Shown: positions 49,601 to 59,507, counted from the stretch's first letter. The stretch is 64,000 nucleotides of DNA from Patescibacteria group bacterium (GCA_028688375.1 JAQTYG010000001.1:99345-163344); one strand, 5' to 3'. Notes: generated by a model from the letters alone, not told the origin. Program-made: numbers and translations.

Positions 49601-51069
49601 ATTTTAATAGAAAACAATTCTTCTGGTTTTTAATATTATACTTCGGACTGCGCCTGTTCTCCTATTTTTTTACTCCGCCCACTCCCCTGTTGGCCGGCTC
49701 AATCGTCAACACCGCGGTTTCAACGGCGCTGGCGCTCTGGGGCGCTTATTGGCTGATCAAGAACGACGCGCGCGGCTGGCTGATCGTCGCCGGAGAAATA
49801 ATTTTTTGTGGCAGTGGTAATATTTTATCCATCGGCAGTATTTCTTTGCGCACGATCCTGCTGGCTGTCTCTCTGACGATTTTCTTTATCCACATTTTAA
49901 GAAAAAAACAATTTACCATATTTCATACCGTCTTAGCCAAAATCATATTTCTCGTCGTCCTCTGGGGCGCCGCTGCAGCGGTAATCGGGCTAAACAACGG
50001 CCATCAATCCACCCGAATTTTTTCCGACTTTATCCCCTATTTATTTCTGCTTTATTATTTTCCTTTGCTGGAGTGGTTGAAGAACGAGCGTTTCAAAAAC
50101 ACTTGTTTCAATATGATTATCGCGGCGCTTGGCGGCGGCGCGGTGATGCTTATTTTTACCTTATTCGCGTTTAGTTTTGGTTGGTTGGCCATGCAGGGCG
50201 CCTATTATCACTGGTTCCGAGATGTGGCCGGCGGAAAAATTACCGATTTAGGCACGGGATTTTTCCGGTTGGTACTCAACGAGCACTTGCTCTTGATACC
50301 TTTATTGCTCTGGTTTATCTTTAGACAAATTACTAAACCGGCCTGGATAAATATCGGCCTGATTTTAGCTTCCTCCGCAATACTGGCCGTCAACCTGACG
50401 CGCGTTTATTTCTTGGCCTTGGTGATCGGACTGGCATGGCTTTTTTCTCGCGCCAATTGGCGGCGCTGGCTTAAATATTCTGTCCTGACGCTCGCCGGAG
50501 TATTTGTTATTTTTACCGTCTTTTATTCCGTCACCAGCCGAGGCCATAGTTTAGGCTGGGAGTTTTTCGGCATTCGTTTGCAAAGCATCGCCGCGCCGCA
50601 AATTGAAGATAGCTCGCTGTCGCGCCTGTTATTGTTGCCGAAAATTATGGAAAAAATAAAAACCGCGCCGGTTCTCGGGCAAGGTCTGGGCGATACGGTT
50701 ACGGTTTATAGCCCGGTTTTGGCGCAAGAAATCACTACCCCGCATTTTGATTGGGGGTATCTAGAAATTCTCGCGGAAATGGGCGTGATCGGATTGTTGT
50801 TTTGGCTGTCGCTCATTGGCTATCTGATATTTTTAGGCAGTAAAAAAACAACCGCTGTCGGGTCGTCCTATTTGTCTCCGTTAATCGCCCTCATGGTTAT
50901 TAATATCACCGCGCCGGCTTTTTTCCATGTGCTGGGCATCGTGACGATAGCCATCACGGCCGCTGTAAGCCATGCTTCCGCGCCACAATCTGCTTCGCCG
51001 CTTCAAATTCCTTCAGACCAAAAATTTTCCACGGTAAAAGATAAACAAACCCCGGCAACCATCGGCTGA
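49597..51069 (+). CDS. O-antigen ligase/polymerase (Wzy_C/WaaL-like) membrane protein
   Basis: Many TMs; TR, SSLSRL, PVLGQGLG, YLEILAEMGVIG. Confidence 0.78.
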   Translation: MNFNRKQFFWFLILYFGLRLFSYFFTPPTPLLAGSIVNTAVSTALALWGAYWLIKNDARGWLIVAGEIIFCGSGNILSIGSISLRTILLAVSLTIFFIHILRKKQFTIFHTVLAKIIFLVVLWGAAAAVIGLNNGHQSTRIFSDFIPYLFLLYYFPLLEWLKNERFKNTCFNMIIAALGGGAVMLIFTLFAFSFGWLAMQGAYYHWFRDVAGGKITDLGTGFFRLVLNEHLLLIPLLLWFIFRQITKPAWINIGLILASSAILAVNLTRVYFLALVIGLAWLFSRANWRRWLKYSVLTLAGVFVIFTVFYSVTSRGHSLGWEFFGIRLQSIAAPQIEDSSLSRLLLLPKIMEKIKTAPVLGQGLGDTVTVYSPVLAQEITTPHFDWGYLEILAEMGVIGLLFWLSLIGYLIFLGSKKTTAVGSSYLSPLIALMVINITAPAFFHVLGIVTIAITAAVSHASAPQSASPLQIPSDQKFSTVKDKQTPATIG

Positions 51070-51673
51070 TACCGGCCCGTCGGCCGACAATTTTTTTATA
51101 CAATATTTCCGGCACAAAAATGCCGGTTTTATTTTTGGCCAGCAAGGTCAGCCACAAATCCCAATCTTGAAAACGCTTGAGCGATTCGTCAAACCCGCCA
51201 AAATCTCGACGGCGAATCAATGAAGTGACGTCGATGTAATTATTTTGTTTCAAAGCCGAAGCGTCAAATGACCGACAGGCAAATTTTTTGCAGCCAAATT
51301 TAAATCCGCTATAAGCGTAGGAAACTTCCGGGTTAACGTCTAACGCCGCTTTCATTTTGGCCAGCATCGCCGGCGCTCCGACCGTGTCTGCGTCCCAAAA
51401 AATCACATACGCGCCGCGTGAAGAAGCGAACCCGTTGTTTCTCGCCGTTGGCGCGCCGCGATTCTCTTGGGTAAGAACGCGAATATTTAATTCTTTATAA
51501 ACACCGCTGCGGATAATTTCGTCCATCGTTTCAGAAAAATCATCTTGACTGCCGTCATTCACCACGATTACCTCAAGCGGCCGGTAGGTCTGTTTTAAAA
51601 GGGAAAATAAACACCGCCTGAGGGTGCGGGCGTGATTATAAACCGGGATAATTACACTGATTAACTCTGGCAT
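50954..51673 (-). CDS. GT2 family glycosyltransferase
   Basis: ISVIIPVYN, VVNDGS, ARNNG, FWDAD, FQDWDLW; ATG 51673. Confidence 0.92.
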   Translation of the reverse strand: MPELISVIIPVYNHARTLRRCLFSLLKQTYRPLEVIVVNDGSQDDFSETMDEIIRSGVYKELNIRVLTQENRGAPTARNNGFASSRGAYVIFWDADTVGAPAMLAKMKAALDVNPEVSYAYSGFKFGCKKFACRSFDASALKQNNYIDVTSLIRRRDFGGFDESLKRFQDWDLWLTLLAKNKTGIFVPEILYKKIVGRRAGISRWLPGFVYLLPWKIFGLKEFEAAKQIVARKHGLQRP

Positions 51674-51675
51674 AT

Positions 51676-52788
51676 TTATGAGAATAAAAGCGCCAGTTGT
51701 TTGGCCCAAGTGAACTCGTTAAGCACTCTTTGCCGGCCGGCTTCGCCCATTTTTTTGGCAAAATCTTTTTCTCGAAGCAAGTCGCTCACCGCGGCCACCA
51801 CTTGCGTATCCTGATAAGTGTCCACCAAAAGTCCGGTGACTAAATTTTCCACCGCTTCTTCCACCCCACCGACATTACCGGCCACTACCGGCACCCCGCA
51901 AGCGGCCGCTTCCATAAACACCGTCCCCCACCCCTCTTCGGCCGTTTCGTCTTTATGCGTCAGCAAAACAAAAATGTCGGTTAAATGATAAAATTTCGGC
52001 AATTCATCGTAATTAACCTGGCCCAAAAATCTGACGACATTTTGCAAATTATTTTTTTGGACCAAATCGATAATTTGATTTTTTTTCGGCCCGTCACCCA
52101 CCACCAGCCAAACCAAATTCGGCACTTTAATCAAAATCTTCGGCAATAAGCGTATGAAATGCGGAAAACCTTTGCCATCAGCCAACCGCGCCACGGTTAA
52201 AACCACTTTTTTTCCGCCCAAGGCCAACTGCGCGCGCATCATTTCTTTCTCTTGATCGGAAATCGGTGACAAAAAAATATCGCCCGGGCAAGGATGGACC
52301 ACTACCACGTTATTCAAATCTTCAAACCGAGAGGTCAATTTGTGTTTTAAAAATTCGCTGCCGACCACCACTTTGTCGGCATTTTTACAAACTATCTTTA
52401 ACTGGCGCGCTTTATTTTTTAAACCCATCTTCAAATCAGTGCCGTGCAAAAAAACCAAATAAGGCACCTTGATAAACTTTTTTATCAAATAGCCGACGTA
52501 CCCACTGGGCAGGGCGTGCTGTATCAACAAACGTTCAATCCCTTCGCGTTTAACGATTTTCTTAATCTGCCAATACATTCGCAACCAGCGCGGCCAAAAG
52601 AAAGCAAAATACGGTTTGTGACGATAGGTTTTCCACGAATTTTTTTTGTCCCACTCACTGCCGCCCGGAACCTTGGGCGCGTAGACAAAAGTTTCCTTGG
52701 CCGGCAAATGCGCCGCCAAATTGTACGCATAGGAAGCGATGCCGCCGATCTGGGGCGGATATTCCAAAGTAATAATGAGAATTTTCAT
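51676..52788 (-). CDS. GT4 family glycosyltransferase
   Basis: YPPQIGGI, VARL..GKG, GDGP, EGWGTVFMEAAACGVPVV. Confidence 0.92.
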   Translation of the reverse strand: MKILIITLEYPPQIGGIASYAYNLAAHLPAKETFVYAPKVPGGSEWDKKNSWKTYRHKPYFAFFWPRWLRMYWQIKKIVKREGIERLLIQHALPSGYVGYLIKKFIKVPYLVFLHGTDLKMGLKNKARQLKIVCKNADKVVVGSEFLKHKLTSRFEDLNNVVVVHPCPGDIFLSPISDQEKEMMRAQLALGGKKVVLTVARLADGKGFPHFIRLLPKILIKVPNLVWLVVGDGPKKNQIIDLVQKNNLQNVVRFLGQVNYDELPKFYHLTDIFVLLTHKDETAEEGWGTVFMEAAACGVPVVAGNVGGVEEAVENLVTGLLVDTYQDTQVVAAVSDLLREKDFAKKMGEAGRQRVLNEFTWAKQLALLFS

Positions 52789-52800
52789 AAATAGTAAAAA

Positions 52801-54234
52801 TTATCGGCTAAATATTTTTATTTTTACTTCAGCTAACAATTCCCGATTCAAACCGCCGCTCAAAAGCAACAAGCCGAAATAAACCATACCGCCTAAAGGA
52901 ATGGCTAAAAACAAAGAAAGATATGGCAGAGATAAATAAACCGCGCCGCCCATTATAACCGCCGGGACAATCGCTCTTAGACTATATGAAAACAACGCCA
53001 TCTTGTTAAGCTGGGCATAACGATTGGCCAAAGTAAAACCGGATAACCAGAGAAAAAAGTTACCGATCAGCGCGGAAATGGCCGCTCCGATAATGCCCAA
53101 TTTGGGAATTAAAATAACATTAGCCACAATGCTGATCAGCAGAGCGCAGGCCATTAAAATTGTTTGTTTCTTTTGTTGGCCGATGGCGTTAAGCAGGGCG
53201 CCGCTGATAAGCGCCAGATAACCAAAAACCAGGCTGATAACCAGGATGCGCAAAGGCAAAACCGAGGGAAAATAATTTTGTCCGTAAACTTTCGTGATAA
53301 ACGGTTCAGCAATGGCGAAGATGCCGGCTGACAGAGGAAAAACTATAATAAAAAGATAACGCCAGGACTTTTCAAACAATCTGGCAATCTCCTCGCGATT
53401 AACCGCGAACAGCGAACTGAACACGGGATAAACGCTGGCCGACAAAGCCAGCGGAATGAACTGGAAAGCAAAAGTTATTTTGTAGGGTACGCTCCACCAG
53501 CCCAGTTCGCGCGCGGTCAGCATTTTTGACATCAGCATGGAATCGCTGTACGAATAAAGACGGCCGATTATACCCGCCAAAGCGAACGGCCAAGCCATGG
53601 CAATAAATTCGCGCCAGGCGATGCGGCTTAAAGCCAGTTTCAATTTCAGGCCGAAAAGACGGACGGCGAAAAATCCCGAATAACAGACATTCAAAAAACT
53701 GGGAACGGCGTAAGCGATAATCAGCCAGATGAGCGGCAAGCGCAGATACAAGGCAACCGAACCGATAATCAGCGTAATTAACTGCGAACCGACGATGCCG
53801 AACGATTCATATTTGAGATTGCGCTTGGCGCGGAAAACGGCGTAAAAAAGAGAATGCAGATTGTCCGTCCACATGGTCAGGCCGGCCAAATAAATGAGGT
53901 CGCGTATCAGTGCGGGATATTGCAGTAAGTTTACGCCAATTACCACCAACAAATACGCGGCTCCGCCAAAAAGCAATTTGCCGGAAAACGCCGTGGCAAA
54001 AATATCATTGGATTTTTCCGGGCTCTTGGACATTTCGCGGGTGAGCACGGCGGCAAAACCGAAATCAGCCACCACGGCAAAAATATTGGTGAAAGTCAAA
54101 GCAAAAAAATATGCGCCGGTGTTCTCCACTCCGATCAGGCGGGCGATAACCGTAAAATAGACAAAAGAAATTATCTTTTGTCCGATTGACGCGGCCGTCA
54201 AAAACGACGTATTTTTGGCAACGGAATATTCCAT
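52801..54234 (-). CDS. Wzx-type polysaccharide flippase
   Basis: VAKNT, DFGF...LTRE, about 12-14 TMs, NVILIPKLGIIGAA. Confidence 0.88.
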   Translation of the reverse strand: MEYSVAKNTSFLTAASIGQKIISFVYFTVIARLIGVENTGAYFFALTFTNIFAVVADFGFAAVLTREMSKSPEKSNDIFATAFSGKLLFGGAAYLLVVIGVNLLQYPALIRDLIYLAGLTMWTDNLHSLFYAVFRAKRNLKYESFGIVGSQLITLIIGSVALYLRLPLIWLIIAYAVPSFLNVCYSGFFAVRLFGLKLKLALSRIAWREFIAMAWPFALAGIIGRLYSYSDSMLMSKMLTARELGWWSVPYKITFAFQFIPLALSASVYPVFSSLFAVNREEIARLFEKSWRYLFIIVFPLSAGIFAIAEPFITKVYGQNYFPSVLPLRILVISLVFGYLALISGALLNAIGQQKKQTILMACALLISIVANVILIPKLGIIGAAISALIGNFFLWLSGFTLANRYAQLNKMALFSYSLRAIVPAVIMGGAVYLSLPYLSLFLAIPLGGMVYFGLLLLSGGLNRELLAEVKIKIFSR

Positions 54235-54305
54235 AACATCGGCTATTTTATCATCAAATTTCCTTTTTTACAAATAATTCTGGCTGCTGTGACAGACACT
54301 GGATA

Positions 54306-54334
54306 TTTACATCTAGAACATTCTGTGGTATTCT
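54306..54334 (+). promoter_or_regulatory. Promoter of the peptide-rSAM cassette
   Basis: TTTACA-N17-TATTCT with extended TG, about 36 nt upstream of the peptide ATG. Confidence 0.55.
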
Positions 54335-54370
54335 ATAAATAGAATAAGTGGGCATTAATTCTCTAAACAT

Positions 54371-54457
54371 ATGGCCGGAGCAAATACTGGGAGCGCTGGA
54401 GCTCAGCGATCTCCTAAAAAATTGCCGAAAACGCGCTCAAAAACGAAGAAAAAATAA
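54371..54457 (+). CDS. 28-aa putative precursor peptide (not in the ORF track)
   Basis: MAGANTGSAGAQRSPKKLPKTRSKTKKK*; AT-rich 'aaacatATG' start context like core genes; lies between the promoter and a stem-loop upstream of the rSAM gene. Confidence 0.55.
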   Translation: MAGANTGSAGAQRSPKKLPKTRSKTKKK

Positions 54458-54474
54458 TTTCTGCATGCGTGTTG

Positions 54475-54501
54475 AACAAAACCCCCTAAGAGGGTTTTGT
54501 T
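54475..54501 (+). terminator. Stem-loop between peptide and radical SAM gene
   Basis: AACAAAACCC-cctaaga-GGGTTTTGTT perfect 10-bp stem. Confidence 0.7.
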
Positions 54502-54511
54502 ATTTAAATCT

Positions 54512-55717
54512 ATGACGCCATCAATTGTTTATTGGTACAACTTAATGCTTTCAGAGGATTCTATCGAAAAAAGAAACGAGACTGTTGAATTGGTGTTCAA
54601 ATCATTAAAAAATGAACGTCCCGACTTGTGCTCCATTATTTTAGAAAGGTCGTGCATGTACCAATGCAATCACTGCATCTTTCAGCCGGAAAAGTCTTCC
54701 AGCCGAATTTCACATAAAAATAGTTTGAAGGAAATAATCTGCAATATAGCCTCTCAATTGGAAAGAGGGGCGGCGATTATTCATGAGGGCAGGGTTCTCA
54801 AGGATTGGCACATATCGATTCTGAAAAGCATAAAAAAAATGAGACCGGATATAAAAATCGGTATTATTGATAACGGCACATTATTGACTCTGGAAAATGA
54901 ATTAAAAACTAATAGATTTAAATTTGATTGGATTGACATTTCCATTGACGGCATCGAAAGTGTTCATAATCGACAAAGGAATAGCGAGCTATCTTTCGCC
55001 ATCGCCTTGAACGGTCTTCAGAATGCTAAAAAATTACTAACACCCGAGAAAGGTAAATTGACTTCCTTATTTACAATAACAAAAATCAATTTTCGCGGTA
55101 TTTACGATGCCGCCAATTTTCTATTTAAGAATAGACTTATTGACGAATTTCACGTCACTCCCATTTCGGCAGTCCGTCGTGAAATCGCTGGGCTTGCCTT
55201 ATCAAAAAGTAATTACAAAATTGTTTGGTTACAAATAAAAAAAATTTGGCAAAAATATCAAAACAAAAAAGAAAGCAAGATATTCATAAAAATTTATCAA
55301 TCTACAGATCTACTAAGAATTGCCGAAGCGGTCGGGGCCAAAAAATTTTTAAAGTCTTTTACAGATACGAAATCAGTGCGAATCGACCGCGGCAGTATCA
55401 GTTTCGTTCTCGACGGTGTTCGAATGACGTATATCCCGATGAGCACCTGCCCGTCGGAAACATTTGTAATTGACGTCGATGGCGTTTATCGCTTGCCATA
55501 TTGTTTAAAATATACTTTGAGCGAACTCCGGAAGAAAGTCTCCAAGAATAATATGGATATCAGTAGTTATTCAGTGGCAAAACTGTCAGACACATCAAAC
55601 TTTAAAAACATATTCGCAGTTGGCGTAGACCAATGGCAACGGAATTTCGGTATGAATTTGTTGAAGGAAGAACAAACCGTTTTTAAAAAAATCAGGAACG
55701 CCGCTAGATTAGGATGA
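54512..55717 (+). CDS. Radical SAM protein (SPASM/Twitch-related)
   Basis: CMYQCNHC (CxxxCxxC), DNGT, DISIDG..SVHNRQR, C-terminal CPSETFVIDVDGVYRLPYC; AT-rich; opposite strand to neighbours. Confidence 0.85.
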   Translation: MTPSIVYWYNLMLSEDSIEKRNETVELVFKSLKNERPDLCSIILERSCMYQCNHCIFQPEKSSSRISHKNSLKEIICNIASQLERGAAIIHEGRVLKDWHISILKSIKKMRPDIKIGIIDNGTLLTLENELKTNRFKFDWIDISIDGIESVHNRQRNSELSFAIALNGLQNAKKLLTPEKGKLTSLFTITKINFRGIYDAANFLFKNRLIDEFHVTPISAVRREIAGLALSKSNYKIVWLQIKKIWQKYQNKKESKIFIKIYQSTDLLRIAEAVGAKKFLKSFTDTKSVRIDRGSISFVLDGVRMTYIPMSTCPSETFVIDVDGVYRLPYCLKYTLSELRKKVSKNNMDISSYSVAKLSDTSNFKNIFAVGVDQWQRNFGMNLLKEEQTVFKKIRNAARLG

Positions 55718-55748
55718 CGCGACGTCGAAATGCTTAATCTTACAAACC

Positions 55749-55773
55749 AAAAACCCGCCGGAGAGGCGGGTTT
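55749..55773. terminator. Bidirectional terminator between rSAM and rpsI
   Basis: AAAACCCGCC-ggaga-GGCGGGTTTT. Confidence 0.8.
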
Positions 55774-55779
55774 TGAAAT

Positions 55780-56316
55780 TTAGCGTTTTGACCACTGCGG
55801 GGCGCGGCGCGCTCTCTTCAAGCCGAATTTCTTTCTTTCCTTCACGCGGGCGTCGCGCGTCAGTAAACCGATTGATCGCAACGTCTTTTTGAAATCTTCG
55901 TTCCAGAGCACCAAGGCGCGGGATATTCCATGGCGGATAGCTTCGGATTGGCCGTGCTTTCCCCCGCCAGACACCTTGATTGAAACATCCAGGTCTTTAT
56001 CTTTGGCCAGCGCCTTTAGCGGAGCCATAACATTTTCCTGCCAGTCAAAATAAGGGAAATATTTCTTAATATCCTGGCCGTTGATGGTAACTTTGCCGCT
56101 CCCGGCGGTAATTCTCACCCTGGCCGACGCGCATTTTCTGCGGCCGACGGCGCGAGAAAAACTGCCGGATTTCCCCGCCATTTTTTCTACCACGACTTTT
56201 TCTTCCACCTCCACTTTTTTTACCGGTGACGCTTTAAGCGCTTTGACCGGAACCTTGGTCGCGACTTTCTTGTGCGCCGGCTTAGCGTGCGGTTTTACAG
56301 TTGTTTTGGTTGGCAT
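55780..56316 (-). CDS. rpsI: 30S ribosomal protein S9 with Lys-rich N-terminal extension
   Basis: GRRK.A.ARV, GGG..GQ.EAIRHG, ERKKFGLKRARRAPQWSKR. Confidence 0.97.
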   Translation of the reverse strand: MPTKTTVKPHAKPAHKKVATKVPVKALKASPVKKVEVEEKVVVEKMAGKSGSFSRAVGRRKCASARVRITAGSGKVTINGQDIKKYFPYFDWQENVMAPLKALAKDKDLDVSIKVSGGGKHGQSEAIRHGISRALVLWNEDFKKTLRSIGLLTRDARVKERKKFGLKRARRAPQWSKR

Positions 56317-56325
56317 AAAATAATT

Positions 56326-56682
56326 CTATTTAAAACTCAGGCGGAGCATACGCGCGGTGCGCAATTTGTTTTTCGGCAACATCCTGGCCACGGCATGGCG
56401 TAAAATTTCTTCCGGATTTTCCGCCAGCACTTTTTTCGCCGGCGTTTCTTTCAAACCGCCCGGATGCATGGAATGATGGCGATAAACTTTTTGCTCTAAT
56501 TTTTTACCGGTAAAAGACATGTTGGCCAAATTGGTCACAACTATTTTGTCACCAGAATCAATGTGGGTGCGATAGCCGACCTTATTTTTGCCGATTAAAA
56601 TCATGGCAATTTTGGAAGCCAAACGACCCGGGGTCTGTCGCGACGCGTCAATTTCAATTTTGTTTCTCTTGATTTTTGACAT
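56326..56682 (-). CDS. rplM: 50S ribosomal protein L13 (short)
   Basis: IDA...PGRLAS, HSMHPGGLK, AVARMLPKNKL. Confidence 0.95.
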   Translation of the reverse strand: MSKIKRNKIEIDASRQTPGRLASKIAMILIGKNKVGYRTHIDSGDKIVVTNLANMSFTGKKLEQKVYRHHSMHPGGLKETPAKKVLAENPEEILRHAVARMLPKNKLRTARMLRLSFK

Positions 56683-56692
56683 ATCTATAAAA

Positions 56693-57049
56693 TTACTTTA
56701 CCAATTCAATGGTCGCAGTTTCAGAACCGTCACCCAATCTTCGATCGGAGGCTAAAGTCAGTCTGGTATAACCTCCCTGGCGTCCGGCATAACGCGGACC
56801 CAGCACCTCCATTAATTTCTTGACGGCATTTTGCGTATAAAGATCGCGGATCAGAGCGCGACGCGCGCTTAAAGTATTTTTTCGAGCCGTAGTGATCATT
56901 TTTTCCACTAACGAGCGCACGGCTTTCGCCTTGGCCTTAGTGGTGGAAATTTTTTCATACAAAATTAAACTCTCGGCCAAATTGGCGAGCAGCGAGTGGC
57001 GGGAGGCGCTCTGGCGATCCAGCGTAACTTTCTTCTTTTGGTGTCTCAT
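56693..57049 (-). CDS. rplQ: 50S ribosomal protein L17
   Basis: MRH, TTKAKAK, RQGGYTR. Confidence 0.97.
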   Translation of the reverse strand: MRHQKKKVTLDRQSASRHSLLANLAESLILYEKISTTKAKAKAVRSLVEKMITTARKNTLSARRALIRDLYTQNAVKKLMEVLGPRYAGRQGGYTRLTLASDRRLGDGSETATIELVK

Positions 57050-57059
57050 ATATCAATAA

Positions 57060-57881
57060 TTAATCCTCCTTTTTCGTTTTCTTTTTGGCGGCTTTAACTT
57101 TTTTCTTGCCTTTTTCCGTTTTATCTCCATCGACTTCCGCCTCTTTTTCCGCGGCGGTCACTCGGACAGCGGCCGCTTCATCGGCTAAACCACTTTCCGC
57201 CTCGGTTAAAACAATGCTGAAGTGATCCATTAAAATTTGGGTGGATTGAAAGACAGCATCGCGCGGAGTAATCGTGCCATTGGTTTCAATGGACAAAACC
57301 AATTTTTCATAGTTAGTAATGTCGCCAACACGAGTATATTCCACGTGGTAGCCGACATCTTTGACCGGGCTGTAAATGGAATCAACCACGATCGTACCCA
57401 AATCATAACCGGATTTATCTTTTTGTTCGGTGGTTTTAAAACCGCGCCCGCGGCCAACGGTAATTTCCAAATCAAAAGGTTTGGCGCTGGTTAAATTGGC
57501 AATGACCAATTCCGGATTAAAAATTTCCACATTGGAATTCTTATCGAAATCAGCCGCCGTTACCGCGCCCGGGCCTTTTTTGGATAAAGATAACGTCACC
57601 GGCTCGTCAATATGCGCTTTTACCACCAACTGCTTTAAATTAAGCATCACCTCGACGACGTCCTCCTTTACTCCATCAATGGAACCGAACTCGTGTTGCA
57701 CTCCGCGAATTTTAAAAGATTCAACGGCGGCACCCGGCAAAGACGAGAGTAACACACGGCGCAAGGCATTGCCCAAAGTGGTGCCATAACCGTGGTAGCA
57801 GGGCGTAATAACGACATCGGCCGTATTCGGCTTGTCTAACGCCTGGAACTCAATTTTTGACGGTAAGAGCAAGTTCTCCAT
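57060..57881 (-). CDS. rpoA: RNA polymerase alpha subunit lacking the alpha-CTD
   Basis: GYGTTLGNALRRVLLSSLPGAA, HEF..I.GVKEDV, DSIYSPV; ends in an acidic/Lys-rich tail at 273 aa. Confidence 0.95.
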   Translation of the reverse strand: MENLLLPSKIEFQALDKPNTADVVITPCYHGYGTTLGNALRRVLLSSLPGAAVESFKIRGVQHEFGSIDGVKEDVVEVMLNLKQLVVKAHIDEPVTLSLSKKGPGAVTAADFDKNSNVEIFNPELVIANLTSAKPFDLEITVGRGRGFKTTEQKDKSGYDLGTIVVDSIYSPVKDVGYHVEYTRVGDITNYEKLVLSIETNGTITPRDAVFQSTQILMDHFSIVLTEAESGLADEAAAVRVTAAEKEAEVDGDKTEKGKKKVKAAKKKTKKED

Positions 57882-57908
57882 AGAGAATAGAGCTATGTTA
57901 ATAAAAAA

Positions 57909-58535
57909 TTAACGTGAATAGAACTCGATAATTGACGCCGGGTTGAAATTCGGATTTTCCAAAACCGGGGCATTCAACACTTTGGCGCTTAATGTTTTAG
58001 CGTCCGTGCTGATCCAAGAAGGGTACTCAGCTTTGGCTAAGCGCTCTTCCAGACCTTGCATGCCTTTTTTATTTTTCGCTAATTCTTTAATAGCCACCAC
58101 GTCACCGGATTTTACGCGATAAGACGGGATATCCACTTTGCGACCATTAACGGTAAAATGGCCGTGAGTCACTAATTGACGGGCGGTTAAACGAGATTTA
58201 GCAAAACCGGCGCGAAAAACTACGTTATCTAAACGAGATTCTAAACAGGCGATCAAAAGTTTACTGGTATCGCCGACTTTATTCGAAGCTTCAGCCACAT
58301 AATTGGCAAACTGTCGCTCAATCAAACCATAGACGCGCTTCACTTTTTGTTTTTCCTTAAGTTGTCGGCCATAGCCGGACATCTTGGTGCGTTTTTGATT
58401 CGGGCCGTGCATACCCGGCGGATAATTACGTTTGTTCATCGGGCATTTCGGTGAAAGACACTTTTCGCCCTTTAACATCAGTTTTTCTCCGGCGCGGCGG
58501 CACTGAGCGCATTTGGAATTTATTTTTTCTGACAT
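57909..58535 (-). CDS. rpsD: 30S ribosomal protein S4 (Zn-binding type)
   Basis: C..CRR....KC....C, PGMHG, QLKEKQK, LESRLDNVVFR. Confidence 0.97.
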   Translation of the reverse strand: MSEKINSKCAQCRRAGEKLMLKGEKCLSPKCPMNKRNYPPGMHGPNQKRTKMSGYGRQLKEKQKVKRVYGLIERQFANYVAEASNKVGDTSKLLIACLESRLDNVVFRAGFAKSRLTARQLVTHGHFTVNGRKVDIPSYRVKSGDVVAIKELAKNKKGMQGLEERLAKAEYPSWISTDAKTLSAKVLNAPVLENPNFNPASIIEFYSR

Positions 58536-58547
58536 AATATTTTATAT

Positions 58548-58961
58548 TTAGACGCGTCGTCTCTTAGGCGGACGGCAGCCGTTGTGCGGAATCGGCGTGA
58601 CATCGTTGATAGAGAGCACATTGAGACCGTTGGTATGCAGTGCGCGAATGGCGCCTTCGCGTCCCGCGCCGATGCCTTTGATAAAAACATTCACTTCTTT
58701 TACGCCGTAATCGGCCACTTTTTCCATTAATGTTTTTACCACCATGGAAGCAGCATAAGGCGTGGCTTTTTTCGGGCCTTTAAAACCGGCCATACCGGAA
58801 GAAGCCCAGCCCAAAGTGTTGCCATTCGGATCGGTAATGGTAATGATAGTATTGTTATAAGAAGCGGAAATATAGGCGTTGCCGCGCGGCACTTGCTTAA
58901 CCACTTTGCGTTTTTTCGGCTTAACGGCCACGGCCGGAGCTTGAGTTTTTTCTTGAGTCAT
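58548..58961 (-). CDS. rpsK: 30S ribosomal protein S11
   Basis: [31 protein letters not shown]. Confidence 0.98.
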   Translation of the reverse strand: MTQEKTQAPAVAVKPKKRKVVKQVPRGNAYISASYNNTIITITDPNGNTLGWASSGMAGFKGPKKATPYAASMVVKTLMEKVADYGVKEVNVFIKGIGAGREGAIRALHTNGLNVLSINDVTPIPHNGCRPPKRRRV

Positions 58962-58972
58962 AAGTCTAAGAA

Positions 58973-59359
58973 TTAGGTCTTAATGCCGGAAGGTTTTCGT
59001 CCGGAACCCATGGTCTTTCTCACGTTGCCGCGCACGGTGCGAGAATTGGTTTTGGTTCTTTGCCCGCGGAGCGGTAAATGTTTCATATGGCGCACGCCAC
59101 GATAACATTTGATATCTTTCAAACGTTTGATGTTAGAACCGATGTCGCGGCGCAGGTCGCCTTCGGTTAAATAACTTTTTTCAACAATGGCGCGTAAACG
59201 ATCCTCCTCTACTTCGGTTAAATCCTTGGTGCGCTTGTCTTCGCTGATTTTGGCCTGAACTAAAATTTTCTTGGCCAGAGAGGGCCCGATACCAAAAATA
59301 TACGGCAACGAAGCGACGATTCTTTTCTCCTTGGGAATGGTAATACCGGCAATACGCAT
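58973..59359 (-). CDS. rpsM: 30S ribosomal protein S13
   Basis: [27 protein letters not shown]; ATG 59359. Confidence 0.97.
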   Translation of the reverse strand: MRIAGITIPKEKRIVASLPYIFGIGPSLAKKILVQAKISEDKRTKDLTEVEEDRLRAIVEKSYLTEGDLRRDIGSNIKRLKDIKCYRGVRHMKHLPLRGQRTKTNSRTVRGNVRKTMGSGRKPSGIKT

Positions 59360-59373
59360 AAAATAGTAATTAA

Positions 59374-59487
59374 TTATCCTTGGCGCTGTTTGTGTTTCGG
59401 ATTGCTGCAAATAACATAAATCCGACCTTTGCGCCGAACCACTTTACATTTTTGACAAATTTTCTTGGCTGAAGCTCGTACTTTCAT
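59374..59487 (-). CDS. rpmJ: 50S ribosomal protein L36 (not in the ORF track)
   Basis: [37 protein letters not shown]. Confidence 0.97.
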   Translation of the reverse strand: MKVRASAKKICQKCKVVRRKGRIYVICSNPKHKQRQG

Positions 59488-59507
59488 ATATTATAATGAG
59501 TTCAAAA

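Noticed and set aside
50954-51069. 116-bp convergent overlap of the ligase-like gene and GT2 as a functional overlap
   Set aside because: The ligase C-terminal tail looks like simple stop-codon run-on without motifs
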